Assembly: GCA_964486045.1 (NCBI GenBank)
Contig: CAZALK010000014.1
Span: 64,001-128,000 of the forward strand
Length of the DNA stretch: 64,000 bases
Source of the DNA: an uncultured archaeon
Lineage (GTDB): Archaea; Asgardarchaeota; Lokiarchaeia; Sigyniarchaeales; SOKP01
Reading direction: 5' to 3'
Part shown: positions 1-10,875 of the stretch, in pieces
Position numbering within the stretch: the stretch's first letter is position 1
Layout of the letters: each line of letters starts with the position of its first letter
Notes under the pieces: model-generated
The model's input: the letters and a program-made list of their open reading frames with translations, nothing else
Databases searched by the model: none
What the model was told of the DNA's origin: nothing
Made by a program: the position numbers and the translations under genes

Positions 1-1758
1 GCTTCTCCTTATTTATCAAGAGCAATTGAACTCTATAATAGTTTAAATAATCACTTATGGAATTCTACTGATAAGCTTTATCATAACATTGGTTTTCCTT
101 CTTGGGCTTTTTTAGTCGATAGTAGTTATAATCTAAGAGCAAATTCTCTGATGTTAGAAGCATGTTTGAAATTTTTCGAACTTACAGGAAATATCACATA
201 CTACGAAAGAGCAATTAATATTTCGAAGTCGTTTGATAACGACTATTATGATAGTACAAATAATGCATATCAATTTTCTTTAACTAATAGTACTAAAAAT
301 CTTAATTCTAATTTAAACCTATATAAGTCATATCTGAAAGCATCTGAAATTTATAGTAGAACATTATTAAAATCTGAATTTAATTTAACTGAAACCGTTC
401 CCGATTATGTTATTAATCAAGATGTTATGAATTTAACTTCAATTTATTCATTCACTAAGGAAAACCAGGTTTACTATCCCGGGAATGATTCTTATGGTAC
501 ATTTATAGTTAGCTACGATATTACTGATGTCGATATTAATTATCTGTTTAAATATCCTAATGGTACTTTTTTAAATAAATTTGAAGACCAAATCATTGAT
601 CCCGCTACTTCACATAATTTCAACTATACGATCGAAGAAACTTTACCACTAAAAGAAGGTTATTATATTTATATTTGGGCAAATAAAACTTATTTTAAAA
701 TAGCTGAAACTCAAAAGCGTTTCAATGTTGTTTCTGGTTTAGCAAATGAGGCGATTATAGGATTACCTGATATCCTCTATCAAGGTCAAACCCTTAATAT
801 AACGATTTTATTAAACTATACTAGGAATGAAAACTTAACGATAACATCATCTTTGGAAGGAAACGATATAATTAATTTTCCTTCCAAAGAACTAAATTTT
901 ACTTCATCAACCGAATTAAATGTAAGTTTTGATCTTACCCCAAAATTTGGAATATCTCCTGGACCGAGTGAAATTATTTTTAACTTTAAAAAGGACAATG
1001 TAATATATTTAAGTGTTAAAAAGGTAATAGAAATCGGATATTCATTTAATTTTGAACACTTAATTTATCAAAGTAAGGTTGTAAGTGGTCAAAATATACA
1101 TATTTCTTTGGATCTAATAAATTACTTACCAAATGCAACCCAATTATTAAACATTAGTTTCACAGGAATATCAGAAAATGCAATTGAGACATTCACTCAA
1201 GAGGAAACTATTAATGAAGATGAGATTAAATCAATTTCATATAATCTAAAAACCCTCGAAGATATTAAAATTAAGAATATTAGAATAGAAATGAGTATTC
1301 TTCAAAATTCTACAGTATTTTTCACCAAAGAATTGACTATCGAAATTATCCCCGATTTTGAAATTATCAGCGTTTCCTTTCCAGGGCAAATTTCTCAAGG
1401 AACACCTGCTTCCCTAATATTAATTATCCAAAATAATAAAGAAGTCTTTGAAAGCTTTTCACTTACTATAAATGGGAAAAAAGTCAATGCAAATATTGAC
1501 GAATTAGCCCCGGGAGAGAATTGGATAATCAAAAAGATAGTCCCATCAAATAATCCATATGAATTTGGGCGTAAAATATATAGAATCGTCATGGAGGATA
1601 GTGAAGATGAAGAAGTTGGAAGATTTTATTTTGAAGTTGTTTTAGGACTATCATCATTTAATTTAGTCGTATTCTATCTTTTACCTGGTATCATTCCCGT
1701 TGGTATTATATTATATTTTTTAAGTAAAGAAATAAAACATAAAAAATTGAGAAGATGA
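1..1758 (+). CDS. Membrane-anchored extracellular protein, 5'-truncated; N-terminal six-hairpin (alpha/alpha toroid) glycosidase-like repeats then Ig-like domains
   Basis: Frame is open from base 1 (ASPYLSRAIELYNSLNNHLWNSTDKLY...). Repeated 'Y..RA..l...l....wd' helical-hairpin pattern, many N-x-S/T sequons, C-terminal TM helix and basic tail. Confidence 0.6.
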   Translation, partial: ASPYLSRAIELYNSLNNHLWNSTDKLYHNIGFPSWAFLVDSSYNLRANSLMLEACLKFFELTGNITYYERAINISKSFDNDYYDSTNNAYQFSLTNSTKNLNSNLNLYKSYLKASEIYSRTLLKSEFNLTETVPDYVINQDVMNLTSIYSFTKENQVYYPGNDSYGTFIVSYDITDVDINYLFKYPNGTFLNKFEDQIIDPATSHNFNYTIEETLPLKEGYYIYIWANKTYFKIAETQKRFNVVSGLANEAIIGLPDILYQGQTLNITILLNYTRNENLTITSSLEGNDIINFPSKELNFTSSTELNVSFDLTPKFGISPGPSEIIFNFKKDNVIYLSVKKVIEIGYSFNFEHLIYQSKVVSGQNIHISLDLINYLPNATQLLNISFTGISENAIETFTQEETINEDEIKSISYNLKTLEDIKIKNIRIEMSILQNSTVFFTKELTIEIIPDFEIISVSFPGQISQGTPASLILIIQNNKEVFESFSLTINGKKVNANIDELAPGENWIIKKIVPSNNPYEFGRKIYRIVMEDSEDEEVGRFYFEVVLGLSSFNLVVFYLLPGIIPVGIILYFLSKEIKHKKLRR

Positions 1759-1764
1759 GAAATA

Positions 1765-3450
1765 TTGAAAAATAGAAAATACATCAGTATTACTTTAACT
1801 CTTTTTATCATAACGAACGTCTTTCTTAATGTTCTTTTAGTTAATTTTAATAAAGTTCCAAATTTAAATATAAAAGAAGAAGATGAAGAGAACTTACCCT
1901 TTGATCCAATATTAGCAAATGGGCTGCCTTTAGCTTATTGGGCAATTATTCAAAATGCCACATCAGTTTATCGAATATTTGAATCCATTAATTTCACACT
2001 TAATACGTTTGGTTATAGTAATGTCGATCATACTCGAATCCAAATATCTTTTACCAATAACTCTATTAATAATTACAATATGGCTTTTGTGGTAGGTGAT
2101 GAATATTACTATGAGTATAGACCAGAATACAATGCACCCCTAGGATTTCAGAATGTAAGTTTCCTAATTTATAATAATAATAACACACTATTAAACGCGC
2201 ATACAACATATACGAACTTTACTATTAAGACAAATTATATGGCAATTACCAACAGTTCTGAATATTATATTGGAGAGGACTTATTTGCAGAATTAACTGT
2301 TAATGATTTTGGGAGTTATCAATTTGAATGGAATGTTACAATTGTTGACAGTAGAATTGAATCATCACAGAAAAATATATTTAACTTTGAAAATGACCTC
2401 GTTCAGTTTACTTATCTTATCTCGAACGAAACATTTAACAGCTATGTAGGTCAAACTTTTTATATTAAACTAAACATGACAAACAGCACCTCTGGATTAG
2501 TAGGAACGGCTTATTTTCCCTTTAAAGTTTTGAATTCAGATCCAGTTATTGATGGCTCCTCGATTAAATTATCTCCTTCTGAGGTATTTAGAACTGAAGA
2601 CTGTGAAATAACATTTAATGTTACAGACATAGAAGATCTTTCCCAACTTTTAGACGTCAGCTTGACTCTTGAAGACCCTGAAGGGAATTTTGTTGAAATA
2701 ATTACAATGGATCATATTAGTGACAATAATTTTTCAAAACAATTTTCTATTCCCGCGGGAGGACCAACTGGTAATTATAAGATCACGATTAACGCAGAAG
2801 ATCAGAATGGCGGAATCGGTTCTTTCTTAACATTTATTACAGCAAAAAATAATTTACCCGAAATTCACAGTTATGAGATTAATGGGAAAACAATGGGTGA
2901 GGCAATATCAATTCTCTACGGCAATGATTTAATTTTTACATTTAACGTTTCGGACGTAGAAGACGTTGCGTATATTAAAGTAGCACTAATAGACGCGAAC
3001 GATGAATGGTTTAATGTTAGTAAATCTTATAATGGAATTGACACGCAAATTACTATTCGCACAATAGAGTTAATAACAGGTGTTTGGTTTGTATATATTT
3101 ATGTTGTTGATTCTGATGGAATAATTACCAGCCTTATTGGAGATTATAATTTAGCACCCCAGGCAATTAGGATCATTCCTGATGAGTTAAGTGGTTTACT
3201 TCCCTGGGTGGTTTTCATTGTTGGCACGATTATTGGGCTTCTCGTAGGTATAGGACTTGGATATAGACGCTATAAATCAAAATTAGTTGATCTTCAAGGT
3301 ATCACTAGGAAAAAGAAAACCTCAATAAAGAAGCAACAAAAAAAGGAAATATCAAAACAAATATCCAATGAAAAAGAAGAAGATATAAAGCCTGACGAAG
3401 AAGTGGAGAAAGAAATTTCTCCAAAGCGTAAAATAAAAAGAAAATTATAA
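1765..3450 (+). CDS. Secreted/membrane-anchored protein with tandem Ig-like beta-sandwich repeats
   Basis: N-terminal signal/TM, repeated 'N..P.I ... FNVxDxED' units, many sequons, C-terminal TM and Lys/Glu-rich tail. Confidence 0.65.
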   Translation: MKNRKYISITLTLFIITNVFLNVLLVNFNKVPNLNIKEEDEENLPFDPILANGLPLAYWAIIQNATSVYRIFESINFTLNTFGYSNVDHTRIQISFTNNSINNYNMAFVVGDEYYYEYRPEYNAPLGFQNVSFLIYNNNNTLLNAHTTYTNFTIKTNYMAITNSSEYYIGEDLFAELTVNDFGSYQFEWNVTIVDSRIESSQKNIFNFENDLVQFTYLISNETFNSYVGQTFYIKLNMTNSTSGLVGTAYFPFKVLNSDPVIDGSSIKLSPSEVFRTEDCEITFNVTDIEDLSQLLDVSLTLEDPEGNFVEIITMDHISDNNFSKQFSIPAGGPTGNYKITINAEDQNGGIGSFLTFITAKNNLPEIHSYEINGKTMGEAISILYGNDLIFTFNVSDVEDVAYIKVALIDANDEWFNVSKSYNGIDTQITIRTIELITGVWFVYIYVVDSDGIITSLIGDYNLAPQAIRIIPDELSGLLPWVVFIVGTIIGLLVGIGLGYRRYKSKLVDLQGITRKKKTSIKKQQKKEISKQISNEKEEDIKPDEEVEKEISPKRKIKRKL

Positions 3451-3496
3451 ATATAGTTATTTGCTTTTTTTCCTTTCTTAATTTTTGTTCTAATGT

Positions 3497-4408
3497 TTAT
3501 TTTAAAATATCATGAAGGCGGTATTGAAATTTACCAAGTTTTCCCCCATAATTTCCCGCTGAGATCCGGTTTACACCTGGTACTTTCACTGCTGCTTCAA
3601 TTCCTAATTTTAATGCGGTTTTTATTGATTCTTCGGACGCACCATCCAAAATTATTTCATAAACGCAGTTATCTCCTTCCTTTAACTCAGAATTTTCAAT
3701 TTTGTCTCTTAAAGTAGGACAAAGTGGATCATTTGTGCTGGCGTTTAAGAAATTATATTTTGAGCCCACTTTGGAACCAGAGCGCGCTATTCCTCCTGGG
3801 AATGGAGCTATTACGTTTGGAACATCCTTTATAGCTTCGACTGATCCTTCAGCTGCTTCTAAAGTGGAATCTTGATCTTTTCCAATGATTAAGAAATTAC
3901 CTCCCGCAATCCCTTTTCCCACTTTTGCCATACTTTGAACTAAGAATTCACCTCCCATTACGGGGATTTTCCATGCTTCAAAAGGGAATTTCCCTTCAAT
4001 CTTTTCTTGGAATCCATCACCAAAAAATTTCAAGTTCGCTCCAATTTTTATTTCAAATTCCTTTTCAGGAACTAACGATCCATCTAAGGCATCAAAACAA
4101 GCTGTTGTAGGACAAGTTAGAATACACTGTCCTAAGCGATTCATTACCACACTACTCATTTGATCTTTTTTTGTTTTGAAAAACATAATTGCGACTCCAG
4201 GGCGATTATCTGGAGTTTTATCTGATGAGATGAAAACATCAATTCCCGCTTCAGCATCACAATGAATTGTCGAAGTTCCATATCCTGTTGAAACCTGCGC
4301 AGCAATTCTTAGCCATCTTTCATTTTTCGCTGTTATTAATATTCGTGCGAAGAATCCTCCAAAAGCTTCACAGAAAGTATCCTCAATTTCTACACCATTT
4401 AATTTCAT
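3497..4408 (-). CDS. ftr: Formylmethanofuran--tetrahydromethanopterin formyltransferase
   Basis: NGVEIEDTFCEAF, TPDNRPG, RLGQCILTCPTTA, SGSKVGSKY, ISAGNYGGKLG. ATG at 4408 follows AGGAG. Confidence 0.97.
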   Translation of the reverse strand: MKLNGVEIEDTFCEAFGGFFARILITAKNERWLRIAAQVSTGYGTSTIHCDAEAGIDVFISSDKTPDNRPGVAIMFFKTKKDQMSSVVMNRLGQCILTCPTTACFDALDGSLVPEKEFEIKIGANLKFFGDGFQEKIEGKFPFEAWKIPVMGGEFLVQSMAKVGKGIAGGNFLIIGKDQDSTLEAAEGSVEAIKDVPNVIAPFPGGIARSGSKVGSKYNFLNASTNDPLCPTLRDKIENSELKEGDNCVYEIILDGASEESIKTALKLGIEAAVKVPGVNRISAGNYGGKLGKFQYRLHDILK

Positions 4409-4581
4409 TTTAATTATTACTCCTTTCAATCGTTTTTTATTTAAATAAATTTTTAATAGGTTGTATTAACTAATAGCGTTCTATTTTATATAAAATTTTA
4501 AAAAAAAAATAAAAACAGTGAAAAATTTAAAGAAGTAAGTCTTTAATTTTAAACTAAGAAATTTAGATAGAGTTGTATAAT

Positions 4582-5418
4582 ATGAGTGAAAAAGTGCTTA
4601 AAATTGGAATTTTAAAAAATGGTACCATTGGATCATCGCTTTTATTAGCTTTTTTAATGGATGAGCGCGCTGAATCTACTAGAATTAATGTATACGAAGT
4701 TACTTCTGGAGCGAAAATGCACCCTCCAGTGATGTGCATTAAAACAATGGATGATTTATTAAAATGGGAACCTGAATTAATAATAATGTCAAGCCCTAAT
4801 GCTGCTTTACCCGGACCAAAATCTACTAGGGAAATGTCTGGTAATATTCCTACAATTGTAATTTCAGATGCTCCAGCCAAAAAAGCAGTGGATGAAATAA
4901 AGGAAAAGAACATGGGTTATATCTTAGTAAACTGTGATAGTATGATTGGTGCTCGTAGACCTTTCCTCGATACAGTTGAAATGAGTATATTTAATTCAGA
5001 TTTATTAAAGGTTCTTGCGATAACTGGTGCTCTTCAAGTTATCGCTGAGGAATTAAACAAAGTGATAATCGATATGCTAGAAGGTAGGTCACCCTTATTA
5101 CCTCAAGTTATAATTGATTCAATTGTTGCATCTGAAGCTGCTAAATTTTCTAATCCATATGCAAAAGCGAAAGCTATAGCTGCCTTTGAATTAGCAGCAT
5201 CAGTATCTAAAATTACAGGAAAAGCCTGTTTCCAATTAAAAGAAAGATCTGAATACATGCCATTACTAGCTGCGGCGCATGAAATGATGAGAACAGCCTC
5301 AATTATGTGTGATGAGGCTAGAGAAATTGAAAAATCCAATGATACGGTAATTAGGAGACCTCATCATGCAAAACAACATTTCTTAACAAAGATTAAACTT
5401 CATGACAAAGAACAATAA
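4582..5418 (+). CDS. mtd: F420-dependent methylenetetrahydromethanopterin dehydrogenase
   Basis: KIGILKxGxIG, DERA, SGAKM, SPNAALPGP, DSMIGARRPFLD, FSNPYAKAKA, AAAHEMMR. Confidence 0.95.
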   Translation: MSEKVLKIGILKNGTIGSSLLLAFLMDERAESTRINVYEVTSGAKMHPPVMCIKTMDDLLKWEPELIIMSSPNAALPGPKSTREMSGNIPTIVISDAPAKKAVDEIKEKNMGYILVNCDSMIGARRPFLDTVEMSIFNSDLLKVLAITGALQVIAEELNKVIIDMLEGRSPLLPQVIIDSIVASEAAKFSNPYAKAKAIAAFELAASVSKITGKACFQLKERSEYMPLLAAAHEMMRTASIMCDEAREIEKSNDTVIRRPHHAKQHFLTKIKLHDKEQ

Positions 5419-5473
5419 TTAATAAATAATCAAAAAAGTCCCCAAATTTTAATATTTTATTTAAACTTATTTT

Positions 5474-6430
5474 TTAAGTTTCAGAAGATCTTAGATATAT
5501 CTTTAAATTTTCGAAAATCTCCCCTGAAAGGGCATTCATTACACTTGAAAAAACACTAGTCTGTTTATTTCTTGTAACTGCCATTAAAACTGCTCCATTA
5601 ATCACCTCTTTCACAAGAATCCAACAATCTTCTGACTCATAAACCACCGTTGATAATGTTAGAGGTGAAATGTTAGATTTATTTTGGAACTCCATAATTT
5701 GCTGATAGATGCTATAAATATTAGAATCTAAAGTTCCCATCTCAAATTTCATAAATTGTAAAGGTTTTGATTCAAACTTACCAAATGTAGAAGATATTAT
5801 TAAACCATCAGGTTGATTAAATAGAAGATATTCAGATAAAGTATTAGCTTTCAATTGATCTAATAAATGTCGAATCTTCCCTAAACGTTGCATTGATAAT
5901 GTACTCTTCTGGATTTCATAATCTAAGATCTCAATTAATCTATGCTGGGCACTACCCTCTTTTACAGAAACCGGGGTAAAAGAAACTTTGTCTTTAAAAT
6001 TCCCATTTAAACTCTTAGATAAAACACTGTAATATTCATCCTCATTTGAATCCTGCAAATCAGTTTTATTTAATAAAACATATGCTTTATCAATTTCCGG
6101 GGAAAATTCAAATAAATATTTTAGGAAATTATTGAAAACAACACGTACTCCCGCCTCAACAACTGCAGAATCAACCATAAAAACAGCTGCTGTTACCTCA
6201 GAAAATATTAGTTCACGTTGGGATTCTGAAAAATAACGCTCTAGATATCTTTCCTGTCCGCCTAAATCCCATAGTGAGAGTTCTAAAATCCCGCGAAATA
6301 TAAAATTCTCTCTTGAAACACCTTTAGTAGGTTTCAAATTTAGAACTTTCATAAAATTATATCCTAAGCAAGTAGTCCTCATCAAACTTGTTTTACCTGC
6401 ACCTGCAGTTCCAAATAGAAGAATCTTCAT
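5474..6430 (-). CDS. Rag/Gtr1-like GTPase with C-terminal roadblock-like domain
   Basis: GTAGAGKTS, LWDLGGQERYLERYF..QRELIFSEV (RagA-type), NKTD; C-terminal 'LFNQPDGLIISS' roadblock-like segment. Confidence 0.85.
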   Translation of the reverse strand: MKILLFGTAGAGKTSLMRTTCLGYNFMKVLNLKPTKGVSRENFIFRGILELSLWDLGGQERYLERYFSESQRELIFSEVTAAVFMVDSAVVEAGVRVVFNNFLKYLFEFSPEIDKAYVLLNKTDLQDSNEDEYYSVLSKSLNGNFKDKVSFTPVSVKEGSAQHRLIEILDYEIQKSTLSMQRLGKIRHLLDQLKANTLSEYLLFNQPDGLIISSTFGKFESKPLQFMKFEMGTLDSNIYSIYQQIMEFQNKSNISPLTLSTVVYESEDCWILVKEVINGAVLMAVTRNKQTSVFSSVMNALSGEIFENLKIYLRSSET

Positions 6431-6887
6431 CTTATTTTGTGTTTTCTATAGAGTATAATTAAGAAATTAATAGATTAATATTATATTCTATTAAATTAAT
6501 TGATTTTATATACTCTTTATAATTTAATCAATATTTAATTTTTTCTAATTCTTCAAAAGAGAATTCAGTTTCAAAGGAAATTTATCTAATGACGATTCAA
6601 ATAAATACAATTTTATGTTTAATTAAATATGATATATAAAATTTTAAATTAAAAAATGGGGAGAATCCCATATTAGAAAAATATTGGGGTACTGCTCAAA
6701 ATGTCATTGCTGTATATAGGATGGTTGAAGATTTCAATGATTTTTCATATTTATTTACTCAAAATGATAAAAAATTTTTAAAAAAATTCTGGAAAATTTA
6801 ATTTATATATATTACCGTTAGGTATTTTTTATATAATTTTAAATATAAAATTAAATTAGAAAAATCAATTTTAAAACTGGTGTTTTA

Positions 6888-7421
6888 ATGGATTTAGATT
6901 TAAGCAAATATATTCGAACTATAAAAAATTTCCCGATTGAGGGAATTCAATTTAAGGATATCACTACATTGGCCAAAGTTCATGCCCCTTTTAAACAATC
7001 ATGTGATAAAATAATAGATCAGTTTAAAGACAAAGGAGTAAAGAAAGTCACTGCTATAGAAGCAAGAGGGTATGTTTGGGGTGGAGTTATAGCGTACCAA
7101 TTAGGAGCAGGATTTGTTTTAATTAGAAAACCTGGAAAACTACCTGCTGAGACGTTAAGTGAAACTTATGAACTGGAATATGGGACAGATGCCATTGAAA
7201 TGCATAAAGATGCCATTGAAAAAGGAGAAAATGTCTTAGTTTTTGATGATTTACTCGCAACCGGGGGTACTGCAAAAGCTGCATGTAACCTAGTTGAAAA
7301 AGCTGGTGGAGTAGTTGTTGGGATTGCTTTTGTGATAGAATTGACAGGAAGTTTGCATGGAAAAGACAAATTGGATGGTTATGATGTTCTTTCTTTAATT
7401 GAAATCCCAGTAGAAGAATAA
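6888..7421 (+). CDS. apt: Adenine phosphoribosyltransferase
   Basis: IRTIKNFPIEGIQFKDIT, IEARG, RKPGKLP, YELEYG, VFDDLLATGGT. Confidence 0.97.
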   Translation: MDLDLSKYIRTIKNFPIEGIQFKDITTLAKVHAPFKQSCDKIIDQFKDKGVKKVTAIEARGYVWGGVIAYQLGAGFVLIRKPGKLPAETLSETYELEYGTDAIEMHKDAIEKGENVLVFDDLLATGGTAKAACNLVEKAGGVVVGIAFVIELTGSLHGKDKLDGYDVLSLIEIPVEE

Positions 7422-7467
7422 ATCCTTATTGCTATTAAAATTAAAAATTGAATAAATACTCTTTTTT

Positions 7468-8466
7468 TTATCCCTTTTCTAATTCAGCAGGAGTATAGCC
7501 GAATGTATTAAAAAATCTCTCTCTAACTTGTTTAAAATTAAAAGTTTGCGTTTGAGCTCCTGTAGATTCAACCACAAATGAGCCGACAATTGCTCCTAAT
7601 CTACAAGAATCTAATAAGGTCATATTAAGTACTAATCCCGTAAGTAATCCCGCTCTATATCCATCTCCTGCCCCAGTAGTGTCTTTAGCCTTTATAGAAG
7701 TTGCAATTGGAATATGAATTTTATGTAATTTATTATTTTCATCTGTGTAGGTTAATTCGGAACCTTCAGATCCTCTTGTCATTACAATTGCTTTGATATG
7801 TTCTAGGATAGACTCCTCAGATAATCCCGATTTCTCTTTAATTCGTTTTATCTCATGGATATTTCCAATTAAAATATCTGATTTCTTAATGATATCGATT
7901 AAATTTTCTCTCTGGAAAAGAGGGGTAACTTGACCTGGATCAAATATAATAGGAATTTTTAAATTATATAATTGAGTAGCAAAATTCTCCATAGCTTCTA
8001 CACTTTGAGTTGAGTTTATTGCATAAACAAACTCTTTCGGATTTGATATTTTTTCTTTCAGGTCAATATCTTTACTCTTATCTAAAGCACCACCATGAAA
8101 AATAATCATTTGATTAGATTTAATGTCATTAACTATATAACACGCTGCTGTGAAAAGATCCTCGTACAAATCAACTTTTAGGTCTATATTTTTGAACTTT
8201 TGTATGTGTTCCTTATAACCTAATGTCTCAAAGTCGTTCCCAACTGATCCTAATATAGAAACTTTAGCCATACTTAGTAATCCTAGATTATAAGCAATAT
8301 TACCAGCCGTTCCACCAAAAAATTGATGGCGACTATCTGCGGTAACAGTACTTTGATATTCTTCCTTAACACGGTCTATTGACACAGCATTAATGAAATT
8401 CTCTTTAAAACTCATTATGTAATCAAAAGCTAGTGATCCAAGTACGAGAACTTTGGTTTTTAGCAT
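7468..8466 (-). CDS. PfkB-family nucleoside/adenosine kinase
   Basis: GSLAFDYIM, GGTAGNIAY, FDPGQ, DTTGAGDGYRAG; lies between apt and mtnP. Confidence 0.85.
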   Translation of the reverse strand: MLKTKVLVLGSLAFDYIMSFKENFINAVSIDRVKEEYQSTVTADSRHQFFGGTAGNIAYNLGLLSMAKVSILGSVGNDFETLGYKEHIQKFKNIDLKVDLYEDLFTAACYIVNDIKSNQMIIFHGGALDKSKDIDLKEKISNPKEFVYAINSTQSVEAMENFATQLYNLKIPIIFDPGQVTPLFQRENLIDIIKKSDILIGNIHEIKRIKEKSGLSEESILEHIKAIVMTRGSEGSELTYTDENNKLHKIHIPIATSIKAKDTTGAGDGYRAGLLTGLVLNMTLLDSCRLGAIVGSFVVESTGAQTQTFNFKQVRERFFNTFGYTPAELEKG

Positions 8467-8618
8467 GAGACATTGAATTATATTTTAGAAATATATTTTT
8501 CACTAATCAATAATATGTTAAAACTTTATAGAATTTGGTAGCAGTAGGTAAGTTTTTTAAAAAACAATTAATTAAATTTTAAATTAATAAATTAAAATAG
8601 CTATATTGTTGTTTTATT

Positions 8619-9368
8619 ATGGTAAAAATTGGAATTATTGGCGGTTCTGGATTAGATAACCCGGAAATAATGAAAGATGCTAAGGATATAGATGTTGAAA
8701 CATCATATGGAAAACCTAGTTCTCCTTTAAAATTAGGAAAAATAAATGATATTGACGTGGTGCTCATCGCTAGACATGGGAGAGAGCATACTATTCCTCC
8801 GACGCAAATAAATTATAGAGCGAACATACAAGCGTTAAAAGATCAAGGCTGTTCTCATATACTTGCAACAACAGCTTGTGGAAGTTTGAGAGAAGAGATA
8901 GAACGAGGTGATCTTGTTATTCTTAACCAATTTATAGACTTTACCCGACTCCGGAAAGTATCATTTTTTGAGGAATTTCATCCTGGGGATATGAAACATA
9001 CACCAATGGCTGATCCATATTCAGCAGAGTTGAGAAAAATTATTATAGAAACTGCAAAAGAGCTTAATATTAAACATCATGAAACAGGAACAGTAGTCAC
9101 AATTGAAGGACCAAGATTCTCTACAAGAGCTGAATCAAACATGTTTAGGATATGGGGTGCAGATGTAATAAATATGAGCATCGCTCCTGAAACAATTTTA
9201 GCAAATGAAGCAAATATCCCTTATGCAGCAATCGCTATGTCTACAGATTATGATTGCTGGAAAGAAGATGAAGTTCCTGTGACATGGGAAGAAATTGTTG
9301 AAATATTTGGCAAAAATGTTGATAATGTTATCGCTTTATTGATAAATACAATAAAAAAAATTCAATAA
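8619..9368 (+). CDS. mtnP: S-methyl-5'-thioadenosine phosphorylase
   Basis: IGIIGGSG, ARHGREH, NYRANI, EGPRFSTRAES, STDYDCW. Confidence 0.93.
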   Translation: MVKIGIIGGSGLDNPEIMKDAKDIDVETSYGKPSSPLKLGKINDIDVVLIARHGREHTIPPTQINYRANIQALKDQGCSHILATTACGSLREEIERGDLVILNQFIDFTRLRKVSFFEEFHPGDMKHTPMADPYSAELRKIIIETAKELNIKHHETGTVVTIEGPRFSTRAESNMFRIWGADVINMSIAPETILANEANIPYAAIAMSTDYDCWKEDEVPVTWEEIVEIFGKNVDNVIALLINTIKKIQ

Positions 9369-9524
9369 TTTTTCCATTTCACCGATTTTTTTTTCGAAAA
9401 TATAAAAATCGTAAAGGAAAGTGTTGAAAAATTATTAAACAAAAATTTGTATTTTTTTATAAAAAAATTGATATTCCTTTAAGTGTTTTTACAATTAATA
9501 ATTCTATTTTAAATCGAATATATC

Positions 9525-10832
9525 ATGGTTAAGATCTCATTTTTAGGTAGTTGTCGAGAAATAGGTCGTTCGGGGATTTTAGTAGAATCAAAGAATGGGA
9601 CCCAATGCATTTTAGATTATGGTATTGGATTCAATGGTGAAGACAGGTTACCTCTTAAAGTAGATATTAACAATCTTAAAGCTATAGCATTAACTCATAG
9701 CCATATCGATCATTCGGGTGGATTACCCTTTTTATATAAGGCAAGAAAGGTCCCTTTCTTTACAAATCCTGTTTCTATTGCAACAGCAGAAATTCTAATT
9801 AGAGATATGATCAAGATCTCGAATTACCCTTATCCTTTTGGATATAGAGAATTAAATTATCTTCGGCAAAATTCATTTTTTCTCAAAAATAAATCACGTC
9901 AGAGAGTAGCTGATAATTTTTTTTTAACTTTTACTAATGCAGGGCACATTCCTGGAAGTGTATCCATTTTACTCGAAGTAGATAATAAAAAGATTTTATA
10001 TACAGGTGATATAAACACACAAACTGCTAATTTGATCAATCCTGCAAGCCCCACCGACATCCCTGATATAGATGCTTTAATTATAGAATCCACATATGCA
10101 TTAAGAGAGCATTCCCCACGAGAGGTTATTGAGGAAACTTTTATTGAAAAGATAACTACCATTATTGATAACGGAGGTACGGTCTTAATTCCGGCGTTTG
10201 GTGTTGCTCGTTCCCAAGAGATACTGTTACTTTTGGAGAAATTTAACTTTAAAGGAAAAGTCTTTATTGATGGTTTAGCTAGAAAAATTTCGAGATTGTA
10301 TTTAGAATATCCCGATTCAATTAAAAACATAAAATCGTTAAGAAGTGCAATTAGAAGAGCTCAGTTTATTTCAACACCAAAAACAAGGAATAATGCAAAA
10401 CAATCGAATGGTGTAATAATATCCCCATCGGGGATGCTTAAAGGAGGTGCTGCAATTGAATACATCCCCTCAATACTAGCAGATAAAAAATCAGGAGTTT
10501 ATCTGGTGGGGTATCAGATCGAAGGATCTCCAGGAAGAGTTTTAATAGATAAAGGAGTTTTTGAATTTAGGGAAAGGAAAAGACAGAGAATTAAAAGTGT
10601 AGATTTACGCATAGAAGCGAAATGTGATTATAATTATTATGATTTTTCAAGTCATGCCGATAATATACATATTCATGAGTATATCGAAAACCTAAAGTTT
10701 AAGAAGAGTTCGAATAGTGATATTTTTTGTATTCACGGAGATAATAAATCAACTACTAGTTTAGCAAGTGCATTAGTTTCCAGAAATTACAACTCAGTAG
10801 CCCCTGAGACAGGAGAGATATACCTTGTTTAG
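9525..10832 (+). CDS. Metallo-beta-lactamase/beta-CASP ribonuclease (aCPSF-like, no KH domains)
   Basis: EIGRSG, THSHIDHSG, AGHIPGS, YTGD, ESTY, FSSHAD, IHGD. Confidence 0.9.
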   Translation: MVKISFLGSCREIGRSGILVESKNGTQCILDYGIGFNGEDRLPLKVDINNLKAIALTHSHIDHSGGLPFLYKARKVPFFTNPVSIATAEILIRDMIKISNYPYPFGYRELNYLRQNSFFLKNKSRQRVADNFFLTFTNAGHIPGSVSILLEVDNKKILYTGDINTQTANLINPASPTDIPDIDALIIESTYALREHSPREVIEETFIEKITTIIDNGGTVLIPAFGVARSQEILLLLEKFNFKGKVFIDGLARKISRLYLEYPDSIKNIKSLRSAIRRAQFISTPKTRNNAKQSNGVIISPSGMLKGGAAIEYIPSILADKKSGVYLVGYQIEGSPGRVLIDKGVFEFRERKRQRIKSVDLRIEAKCDYNYYDFSSHADNIHIHEYIENLKFKKSSNSDIFCIHGDNKSTTSLASALVSRNYNSVAPETGEIYLV

Positions 10833-10875
10833 ATTAATTTATCTTTTAGATAAATAATGTGGTTTATACTATATT

